Assembly: GCF_021028975.2 (NCBI RefSeq) | Contig: NC_059430.1 | Span: 44,268,001 to 44,332,000 of the forward strand | Direction of reading: 5' to 3' | DNA length: 64,000 nucleotides | Origin: Sphaerodactylus townsendi | Lineage: Eukaryota | Shown: positions 37,477 to 49,400 of the stretch, piece by piece | Layout of the letters: each line of letters opens with the position of its first letter | How positions within the stretch are numbered: the first letter of the stretch is position 1 | Made by a program: the position numbers and the translations under genes | Notes under the pieces: model-generated | The model's database searches: none | What the model was told of the DNA's origin: nothing | What the model saw: only the letters and a program-made list of their open reading frames with translations

Positions 37477-40400
37477 ATGGAGGCAACTGGAGTCTGCAGC
37501 ACCCCATACGTCAGAGTGACCCCTAAGTGCCGTACTCGTTTGCAGGATCTGGAGCCGCAGGTTGGCAAAAGACGCTTGTCTCAAGCACGCCACAGAGCTA
37601 CCTTGGCAGAGCTCTTCAAAAACTTGCGTGAAACTGTACATTTACAACAAGATAATTCCACATCAAAGGTATAGGAATACATCTGAATCCACACAAATGA
37701 TAGAAACATTCTATTGTTTTATTAGTATTCTGTTTTTCTACCATTCATGTAGTGCCCAGATTGGGTTGCCAAATGCCTATAGAAAATAAAAGTTTGGTCC
37801 CTTTAATAAGGGCCTAATGGGATGTTATTTGCTGGGTAACATTGGTCCTTTCTGCACAACACAAATAAAATGTCTTGCGTATGTTCTAAAAAGAACCGTT
37901 TTGGCTTTTTTTGTCCGCATAGCATGGACAAATAGAGCGACTGGGGGTAAAATCTTCATTTTCAATTGCTGTGTTTCTTCACTTCTGTCTTTTCCTTCCA
38001 TAGTCTGATGCCATTTGAATTCTCTGTTTTCTGTTTTTGAGTAGTGTCAGGTTTTATGTAAGGCTAAGAATTATATTCAGGAGCTGGAACAAACCTTGGA
38101 AAGCTTGCTGAAGATGAAAGGTACTGTATTCAAGTATTTGCCCAAATCTGTGTGTCACTGTTGTCTCCTCCCATCCCCGCAGTTTTCAATTATCTAAATT
38201 TTGCATTGTATAAATAATAAATATATAAATAAGACAGATGGCCAACTCTGGAATTAGCATCAGCCTGCATTGGATGGAAATTGATTCTTTTCTTTTTTTT
38301 CTGGCAAACCTGTATTCCCAAACTTGTGCCGGCACAAATAATAGAGCAGTTGAAGAAGAATGGTGGGAAGGAAGAACCCTTAATCCTTTTACACCTACAG
38401 TTCTCCCTTGTAAATCTCTCTCCACCCACTAAGCCATTTTCCCTTCAACCAGTTAAAATGGTATGGGAGTGCATTTTCAGGAGAGACTCACACGTGGTAG
38501 AGGAATTAAGTATCCCTCCTTCCCATCCTCCCTGGCAAGTTCTCCTCCCGCTCCATATCCTTCTCATGTTAAGAGAATCTTATTTAAGCACCACTTCCAT
38601 CAAAACTATTATTCCATGAACTATTAAACAAGAATTTTGAGGAAAGATAATTTATATTGCCCCAGATAGCTATTAGCAAGACTTGCCTTTTTGTAAAGTT
38701 GTGAGTCCCTTTTTGTTTCCCGCAGCAGGAATGGGAAACAAAATGGTGGCCGCAATTTTACAAAAAGGCAAGTCTTGCCAATAGCTGTCTGGGGCAATAT
38801 AATCCTTTTTCAAAGTTTTTAACAGTGCAGGAGATAACGGTTTTGATGGAAGCAGCACTTAAATAAGATTAACTTAACATGAAGAGAATCTGAACTATTT
38901 CCAGCAGCGGAAACATGCTGCTGTAGCTTCTGCTACAGAATGCAGTCCACACTTGCATCTTTATACTGAATAGAGTACAGGTGAAAGCAGTAGTGGGATT
39001 CAAATAATTTAACAACCGGTTCTGGTGGTGGAATTCAAATAATTTAACAACTGTTTGTTTACAAGCACCATTTTAACAACTGGTTCTGCCGAAGTGGTGC
39101 GAACCTGCTGAATCCCATCATGGAGTGAAAGCTATCTGAGTTCCTCTTCCTCAACCATCCAGACCCTTACCCCTTTTATCCCCTCCCACTAGATTGGGCC
39201 CCTGGTTCTTCCTTTTTTAAGCAGTCCAGCCTGGCTGTTCTTCCTTCTTTGCAGCTGTGGGGCAGGGCTGGTTCTCAAGCTGCCTTGCCTCTGTGGCTGA
39301 CTTGGGCTTTTTCTGAAGCCTGGGCCTTTCATGGACTGCTGGGCCACTCCAGGGCCTTCCCCTGCTGGTCAGGCAGGCCTGATGGTGACCAGCCCTTCTC
39401 CTAGTTGTGCTTTCGACATGTGACCTACTGCCTAGACAGCAGTGGCGTAGCTAGGCAAACTGGGGTGCAGTTATTAAGATAGCAGCACCAAGATTTCAGA
39501 GTATCTTCGTGAGACGCTACTGATGACACCACCCAGGTTTGGTGAAGTTTGGTTCAGGGGGTCCAAAGTTATGGACCCTCAAAGGTGTAGCCCCCATCTC
39601 CTATTAGCTCCCATTGGAAAAAATGGGGGATGGGGGTACTCCCTTTGGGAGCCCATAACTTTGGACTCCCTAAACCAAACCTCACCAAACCTGGGTGATA
39701 TCATCAGGAGAGTCTCCTGAAAAATCCCTGAAATTTTGGTGCTGCTAGCTTAAAAACTGTGCCCTCTGCAGGACAAAAACGGAAAAACACTGAAAATTCA
39801 AAAAATCCACAAACGAACCAGCAGTTTTTGCGCCCCCCCAAGGGGGCGCCCTGGGCAACTGCCCACTTTGCCCAATGGGAGGAACGCCTCTGCTAGACAG
39901 GCTTTGATGTCTCTCTCTCATACCTCGCAGCCACTGCAGCCCTCCTGGACCTGGGATCACCCAGGTAAGAGTTCTTTGCAGTCAGGTTGGGACAAGCCAT
40001 GGTAGGGGGGCTAGGAGCTCAGAGACGTGGTCTCCAGACAATCTGCTCTGCTGAATTAGGAGTGGTGCACAGAACCCACTTAGGAATGACCCCCAAGAAT
40101 GATTGCTGCTCTTCCATGTTCTTTAAAATACTGCAGAGCCAACATTATGTCTGCTTTTTATTGGTTAACCATGGGAGTCATTCCTAAGTGGGTTCCCACC
40201 TCTCCATTTTTTTACTTAGAGCAAAGATCCTGACTGTATAACCCACTGAGAAATGCAGAAGATATCATTCTAAGAAAAGTTACATCTGTCTAAATTCCTG
40301 ACAGTCAACGGTCTTAGAAGGGTTTAACTCTGGTTTAGGAATTCACTAACAAGGTTGTAAAAATATACTTGGATGGTTCTGCTATTATCTTTCAAATGCC

Positions 40401-43400
40401 TTAGATCTCCTTTGACTTGCTATGTACCTAATATTTAATATTCTGGAATCTACAGCTATTAAAGAAACACTTGTGACTATAGCACGTGAAATAATGTATT
40501 ATCATTTTATTGAAATGGTGAGTGAATATGCAGAAAGGTAATCATGTTAGTCTGTTGCAGCAAAAATAAACAGGAGTCTTGTGGCACCTGAAGTCTAGTA
40601 GAATTTTATTTCAGCTTAACCTTATGCTGGAATAAAAGACTTTTAAGATGCCACAAAAACTTCTGTTCAATCGAAATGTACAATTTGTGACTGTTCTTTC
40701 TGCTGGCAGCAGAAGTTTTAAACCTGGAGGATGGAAATCCATCAAGCTTGGAGCAAGTAAAGGAGGAATATTTCAAGATGTACTTCAACAATTACAGGTG
40801 AGGCACCAGAAAACTAGAAGTGTTGAGACATTGTCCCCTATCCTGGCACTGAGAAGCTTTAATAAGATAACTTGCATCTTCCCTCTGAGTTGTGAACATG
40901 CTTATTACCTCTGTCAAGCTGTAAAATAACAGTAGGAATAAAAATCAGCATAGAACTGACTCTTGCAAACAGCAGATGAAGTTTAATACAGTTTGATTCC
41001 CATTATCCTTCTCTTCTTTTGGTCCTTCCTGCAATTGTTGTCTCTTTTCACAGCAACCTGGCAAACAGCAGAATCCTGCTCACACAAAAAAAAGCCCCAG
41101 TAGATTTTCTTCCTAACCCATAATATATGGCAAGGTAGCAATAGATTTCAGGTAATTTCTCTCTTTTTAAAATTTTTGCATTCAAGTTCAGTGCCTCCTT
41201 CAAATGTGGTAACTCAGAGTGACCCCACAGTATGGTGTGTGATTCAAGAATCTGGGAATAATTCAGCAGAGGAAGATGTGAACATAAGGCTTTTGCAGTC
41301 GCCAACTACTTCTTCTCCTGATCTCATGGAATTTGAACGGTAAGTGAAGCAGGGTTGTTTCTTCCCTCAGGAGTGGCCCATCAAAAAGATATGTGGGATG
41401 AAATGGTTTGTGACCTTAGTAGATGCACGGTGGGAGAAGTTAAGTGGGCTTCCTTTCTCACAGTAATCAGAGAAACTGTATCCTGTTGGCTTTTTCCATT
41501 ACATGCTGTTCAACACACATTACAAGGAGGCTAGGGGCTTCAAAATTCAAACGCAGAATGTCGAAATTACTGGGAGCCTTTACATTAGCTGCTGGGCATT
41601 CGGACTTGGTAGGCTCCAAAGGTTCTCTGTCTAATACAGGGAAGCTGCTATATGCATTGAAGCTCTTGCAGAATCCCCTTTCCACAAAGAACAGATAAAA
41701 TAGTTGTAATTGATCAAGAATCCTGCATGTACAGCCACTGGCAAGAAAGGAGCAATCTCCACACACTGGAACATCCATACATACCTTGATTTTGAGTACT
41801 GTACAGATTGGGGAGAAATGCTTGTTGATACAAGTGAGAAGCCAAAACCTCGCTGCAGAGAGACTCAGCTCTCCTTTTTGCCAGTCTTCAGTGCTAAATT
41901 CCTAACAGCAAATACAATTTATTCTTTCTTTTTTTGCCATCTCCCACTTTTTGATTAACTTGTACAGTAAGAACCCAGTTTGGCCAGTAGGTGGCACAAG
42001 CTTGCTTCTCATGTACCACATACTGGTACTGTGGTGTTCTGGAAGCACTTCCTCAGGAGTTCTTGAGAACAGGCAAAAAGTGATAGCCAGCAGAGCCTCT
42101 GTGTGAAACATATGTAACTTTAGTGTGGAAACTTTCCTTCCTCACTTTTAGTGATGAACCAGTGTGGGCTAGTAGCTAGACTTCCAGATTAGAATCTGAA
42201 AGAGACCCAGATTCAAATTCCTTCTTTGCCATGGAAGCTTGCTTACTGACACTGGGCCTGTCACAGACTTCTCAGCCTTACTTACCTCACATGATTATCC
42301 TGTGAGGATAAAATGGAATTGAGGAGAACAATGTATGCAGCTTTGGATCTCTACTGGGCAGAAAGATGGGTTATAAATGAGATGAATAAGTCAGAACTTT
42401 TAGGTGAAGTTCTTTTATACAAAGTGTTATCAGACAAACCATGGAGGGGGACTCTGCTTTCAAAGTGTGTGCTCCTGCCCATCCCATCAATCTTGCAGGG
42501 TAGCCTAGTGATGCAGTGCCAAGATGGATGCCATCCCCTGCATTAACTCTGTGTTACCCATGATGACAGCAAAACCTGCCTGGACTTGTCCTCACCAATA
42601 TCAGCCTTGCAAAATAATTTGCCTCTCCCTAAAGGATTAGGAAGAGACAATACTCCATCTTGAAAAAGCTAGCTCCCATCTCCAGTACTTGTCTGTGTGT
42701 CCCCATTAAACAAAGAACATGCTAACATAACATCATCAAGGAATTCCTGCTGAAATACTAATCTTCTTTTTCTAATCTCTGACTAACCTCTCCTAAGACC
42801 ACTTCATTTACATTTGGCATTATCTAGAAACTGATTGAATCAGCTTCTCTTTAGAGCTGGGCACTCCCAGGTTTTGAACATTAAACCAAGTGTCCAGCCA
42901 ATAATTTTATCTATCTACCACTTAAGTTAAACGTCCAACATTTAAGTTAATTGTCCCTCTATTGTCTTCCCTAGGAAGGCAAGAACCCTACTTTGTCCAG
43001 GAAGATTAAGTTCACTTAGCATGGCTTGAGGGTCTGATCTTCCTTATAAATTAGCCATCCACCAACTCTCAGTGCCCAGTACTACTGAGCCTACCTTTGG
43101 TTTCGTTGTGTTGTGTGCCATCTGCTTTCTACCCTGCTTCCTTGGATCCCAGGTTGGGCACTGGACTCTGTTTTCCTGGACCCCCCTCTTCATCAACAGG
43201 GAATTATAGCCTTTACCACCCACCCACCCACCCACCCACTTTTCTAAACCTATCTACTCAACTCTATATACATCTTAGGACTGTGTGAATTATCTGCTGC
43301 TGTTATGTGTGTTCTTGTATGCCTATTATTTTTACTTTCTCGATACAATTGTTAAACTTTTACCCTTGCTTCCTTTGGATTTTTTGCAGAGACTCATCTC

Positions 43401-46400
43401 AATAAAAGTTGGCATCAAAGATCTCGTGCTTACCCAGCCTCTCATTAAAGCACGGTCTGCCCTTCACTAATTCCCCACTCTAAAAGGGGTAGACTCCAGT
43501 ATTTTGAGTAACAAAATGTAGATCACTGGACCATGTAGCTCAGTATTATCTAGTCTGACTGGCAGCAACTCTCCGGGGCTCCACAGAGCGACAGGTGTTT
43601 CTTGCTTCTGGTTACTTTAGACTTTTTAAACAAAGATTGGACCTAAGATCCTGTGCATGTAAAATATGTGATTTGAGACACAGCGCTTCCTCAGCAATGC
43701 AGACTATCTAGAGCTTCTATCATTCATGCTTATAACACACATTTTAAACTGATTCTTTTTCTTTTATAATCCAACCTGACGCATAAGTCATCCTTCCCCT
43801 TAGAACTGCATGAATGGATCACTTGATTGCTTTGTGTGCTGTCATATGTAATCCAGATCAGATTCCGAGATCTTTCTTCTTTCCCATCCCATTCTAGATA
43901 CTTGTATTTTTACAAACAGACAATAGATCTATTGGTTGATAATGGAGTTGTGAGCCCTGAAGAGGTTACCCTCCCTGTGATCTCTACAGCTATTTCCCAT
44001 CTGTGGCAGGGCCTGCCTGATGAACGGAGAGTCAGTGTCCTGCAGTATTGTAGTCAAAGACAGAGTTTCATCTCTGAGGTCAAGGCAGCTTCCCAGGAAC
44101 CTGCATGCACTGAGAAGAGCATGAGGAACAGTGGAACAAATAGTCAGGAAGCAAGCAGTTCTCTTAGGTCTACACCAGAGGAGGTAGGCATACCAGTCCC
44201 TTTGGGGTACTTGCTTTTGATGTAAAAAAGTCATTGAAGCCTTAGTAACAAATCCTTTCTATGATCTGCTACTGCAATTAGGCAGTTGGGGGTGGGATAT
44301 TTCACCAAAATGTTAGGGCACAAGCAGAGGCGTTCCTCCCATTGGGCAAAGTGGGCAGTTGCCCAGGAAGTCCCTTTGTGGGGGGTGCAAAAACTGCAGG
44401 TTCGTTTGTGGGATTTTTTGTATTTTCAGTGTTTTTCCATTTTTGGCCTGCAGAGGGTGCAGTTACAGAATTTGAAATTAGAACTACACTCCCATCAAGC
44501 TTGTCAGCATGGCCAATTGGCCATGCTGGTAGGGGCTGATGGGAAATGTAGTTCCTGAACATCTGGAGAGCCATGAGAGCCCCTACCCTGGGCTAGCACA
44601 GGGGTAGGGAACCTGCGGCTCTCAGATGTTCAAGACACAATTCCCATCAGCCTCTGTCAGCAGTGAGCCCATGCTGGTAGGGGCCTGATGGGAATATAGT
44701 CCTGAGTTATCAGGCAGTCCAAGACTAATTGCTCAGGGATGTTTTGGGAGACTCTCCTAATGCTAGCACCCAGGTTTGATGAGATTTGGTTCAGGGAGTC
44801 CAAAGTTATGGACTCCCAAAGGGTGTGCCCCATCCCCCATTGTTTCCAATGGGAGCTAATAGGAGAAGGGGGTACAACTCTGAGGGTCGATAACTTTGGA
44901 CCCCCTGAACCAAACTTCACCAAACCTGGGAGGTATCATCAGGAGAGTCTCCTAAAGATACCCTGAAAGTTTGTTGCTGCTAGCTTAACAATTGCACCCC
45001 TGACAGCAGGCACCCCCAAATTTCCCCAGATTTTCCTTTTAAATCCTCCCCCTTTGGCATTGATTTAAAGGGAGAATCTGAGGTCCCCAGTTTAAACATT
45101 GAAAGTGATGCTGTTTCAGGGTGGGGGAGAATCAACCCCAAAGTAGCATCACTTTCAATGTCATTTAAACTGGGAATCCGAGATTCTCCCTTTAAGGTGG
45201 ATTTAAAAGGAGAATCTGGGCTCCCTACTTTAAACACCATTGAAAATGATGCTGTTTGGGGGTGGATTCCAGCATTACTTGTTTAAACTAGGGAACCCAG
45301 ATTCTCCTTTTAAATCCACCTTAAAGGGAGAATCTGGGGTTCCCAATTCAAATAACATTGAAAGTGATGCTGTTTCCCCGAATTGGGGGTACTGAATACA
45401 ACACCATAAATGTTTTCATAGCAGTAATGAAACTTTTTGAAAGCATTTTGAAAATGTTTCCAAAAAATTATTTCTGCTGTGTGGCATGGCCTATTGCTGT
45501 TTTCAGATTTGTGAGTTGGGGCATGTTCTATAATGTGATGGTGATTTTGAAACGACCTGGTGTAAAAAATCATTGTTTGGTCACGGTGGGACCAAACCCA
45601 TGGGAGGGGCAGCAAACTCCAGTTTGCCTAGATACGCCACTGGGCGTAGCTACAAGGGGGCTGGGAGGAAATTAAAACTTGCACCGGGCATGCTTGGTGG
45701 GCATCAAACTCAGGTTTTGCCCAGGGCTCCAGTTTGCCTAGTTATGCCACTGGGCACAAGGGTGCTGCTCCAGCTGAGTGCTTTTCCCCTCCCTATGAAT
45801 TTTTTTGATGTTTCCTGTTCCTCCTAGAATTACAAAACAGATGTATGTAGAAGGTAATATAGAAAGATGATCCTCAAGAGAGTAGGCCCAGACACAGGAA
45901 AGCAGGGGGGCAGTGTTATTGTACCATTCATCATCCTTACCAATTAATGACAAGCAGTGAGGAGGAGAGTACCTCAGTATTTTCAATCCTCCCCTCATAT
46001 CTGCTTCAGTTTCTGTAGTAAGGCACCTCCCAGTTGTACTCAATTTGGGAACTAGATTGTACAGCTGCTAGAAAGTCAGGAGCCACTGATGCAATTTCTG
46101 GTTTTCACCTCCTGTGAATAAATCTGGACTCCAATTCAGTGGTGACAGGGAGCTGAAAGGTAAAGTTCCTGTGAAACTAGCTGGCTTATGCCCCACCCAT
46201 TTTATTATTAATTATGGTAACCTCTTAGTTATAAAACTAGCTAACAATAATTAAACATAATCCAGCCTAATAAGATGCTATCTTGGCTCAAATATAAACT
46301 AGATTTTTATAGTCTGAGCAGTTAAAACATAATAGAGATTGGGTGCTACTAAAAGCTCTATTATGTAATCATCCGCCCCCACAAACCAGTTTCATCTTAG

Positions 46401-49400
46401 TATTTCTCAGTGATTTCCGTCCTTTTTTCTTTGTTTATCTACCTGTTCTCCATTGTTTTCTTGTAGGGGAAAAGAATCTTTTAAAAAAATATGTTGTACA
46501 GTGCTTGACATGACATAATCCTGACAGGGCTGGTTCCATGAAGTAATGCGAGGCAGTGGCCTTCAGGGCAGGCTTTGACTCCTCTATGACCACCAACACC
46601 ATCCCTCCCTTACCTTTCTTCATGTCAGCCTCTGCCTGCTGTTGCGCCCACCACCACCCCACACACCAATGCTTCTTCCTTCTATGTCCCCCAGAAGTAT
46701 TGTTAATTACTGTGTCTCTTGAGGGCAGGATGGGGAGATAAACACAGAGGTGGGATCCAACCAGTTCTCAAACACTTCTCTAGAAGTGGTTTCTCATTTT
46801 TTCTGAGTGCTGAGAAGGGGTTACTCAAGCAACCCCCCTACCCAATAGGGACTGGAGGTGCGTGTGTGCGGCAGTGCCACTGTTTGAATCCCACCACCAT
46901 CAGAACCTGTTATTAAAATTTTTGGATCCCACCACTGGATAAACGGGAGGGATTCCCTAGGAACAGTGGCACACTGTCGAGTTACTACTGGTTTCTGATG
47001 TTTTCATTATTCATTCATTTAGGGAATTTTATGTGCTGCCTCTCAAGAGTCCTGCTCATGGCTTAGAAGTGAAGACAGTATCTCACTTCCAAATTAACAC
47101 ACCATAAATTATAAACCTAAAACAAAACAAACCATTAAAAACAGCCCATTAAGCACCCTAAATGTAACCATAAAACATTTTAAAAAGATTAAAAACCCTT
47201 CATTAAATGCTTTGGAAAAAGCAGTGTTTTTATAGAGTGTGATAAGTGCCCAGCAAGCCTCAGCAGGGCAGTCAAAAGATGAGGTGCCATCACAGAAAAT
47301 GCCCCAGCCATAGTTGCCACCCACCTTGGCTCTGAAGGTAGAGGCACGGAAAGCATGGCTTGTGGAACAGATCTTAACTGATAGACTGGATAATATATAG
47401 GAGGAGGCATCCCTATTCAAGTGATGTGAATAAATCGGCATTCTAACCAACGTCCATAATGCTGTCTCTTGTAGATCCTCTTTGAAGACGCCTTTGATGT
47501 GGCAAGTAGCTTCCTTGACCGAAATGAGACTCAAGAGATGTCCAGTCAAAGGTACTTGCTTCAGCCCAATAAGGTGTTTTGTTGTCATGTAAGGGCATGT
47601 GCTGCTTGGGAGAGAAAATCATCTTGTGTTAATGTCTAAAACATTTGTTTGCATGTTTGACCAATTAACTGGGAACTTCCTAGCCCATGGGAGACCCCTG
47701 TTGCTTTTTTAAATAGGGCAGCCTTGCTAAAGAGTCCGGGGCTGAGTGCAGAAGCAGATTGGGACTGCTGGTGGGATGCCATAGAAAGACTGGGAACTCT
47801 CAGCCTTTCAATCCTGTCTGTGTACCCTCCAGTGGCTGGTGGGAGGCTGTAGTGGCTCTCTGGTCAACTCTCAAAGAGGTTTTAGTCAAGGGCACAGGCC
47901 TAAAATGGCACAGCTGGGTTGTCACCGTAGTGATCTCTTGAAGCTGCCATTTATTTCCCTGAAGTAGCTTAAAGGAATTCAATTAGTGTTTTATGTTTAT
48001 ATTTGTTTTTAATGGCTGTAAATATAAGATCTAATGCTTACGTAGGTGGTGCACCATGATGTTTTCTGCTGTACAGTGTGTCAAAAACAAAACAAAATAA
48101 TAAGACTCAATAGCAAATACATCTCTTTAGAAGGAGGTTGAGGGGGCTCATGCTGACTTGGCTACAACTACCAGAAGACAGCTTTGAGATTCAGGGCAAG
48201 GTTTTGATATAGAGTGTGGAAACAAGGATGCAAGATTACTGGGATAAATGCATGCATCTTATTTTCCAGTTTGATTTAGGAAATCCACCAATTCCTTATC
48301 TGCTTGCTGGACCAATGCTACTCCCAGCACCAAAATAACAATACACAAAGCATGGCATGGTGAGTAGGGCCAGCCATGATTGGTGCTGCACATGGTAACC
48401 TTGGTAGCCCCAAGACACTGACGTGCACTGCTGATGCTGTGATTGCAAGGTAGCCATGCTACTCTTTGCCCATATTTTGCACTGGAGAATTCAGTGATGT
48501 GATTGCATAGCAGGGAAACACACAGCCATTAAGAATATAAAGTATATCCAACTGGAAGTCTGTGAAACGGCGAGTGTAGGGGAAGTATTATTGCAGTGCT
48601 CTAATGATGTCTCAGAGTACTCGCAGTTGCAACTAGACTATAGATCAGTGATGGCGAACCTTTTTAAGACCGAGTGCCCAAATTGCAACCCAAACCCCAC
48701 TCATTTATTGCAAGGTGCCAACCCGGCAATTTAACCTGAATGCTGAGGTTTTAGTTTAGAAAAAACCGGTTGGCTCCCTCTTCCTCTGCCCCACCCACTT
48801 GAGTAGGGGCCAGCCTGCTCTAGCCTCCAGCAAGTCCTGGTGCACTGCTCTGTGCCTCTCTAGCATCTCTGCCTCCTCTGCCCCCCCCCCCTCAGGCAGA
48901 AGCCACCTAGAGCACAGGCACCAGGCCCGTCAGCTGAATCCTCCCTGGTCACCATGGTGCGCGCATGTCGTGCTCAGTGGCCCAGGCCACCCTAGATGTG
49001 TGTGTGTGTGGGGGGGGTGATTTTCCAACCCCACATGACGAACTCTGTGTGTTCATGCCCACAGAGAGGGCTCCGAGTGCCACCATAGGTTCGTCATCAC
49101 TGCTATAGATGATGACGAGGCTGGATATTTGCTGTGGTCCTCAAACCACCAATAGACTCTGTCCCAACAGCAATGTCAGTTTCAGTTTTATTATTTTGTT
49201 TAGGACATTTTTATGCCACCTTTCCACTCAATCAGGGTCCATAAGGCGGCAAACACAAAAACATTAAGCATTTAAACCATTAAAAATACAGTTAAAATAT
49301 GAAAGTCTATTAAAACAAACAGCAGTAGGAGAGCCAGTAACCATCATTAGGGATATGGGATAAGAAAGAAAAAAGTCTTCATCTTCTGGTGAATCACACT

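Noticed and set aside
45030-45350. CRISPR-like repeat array
   Set aside because: Degenerate units in both orientations inside a eukaryotic transposon; no unique spacers or cas genes.
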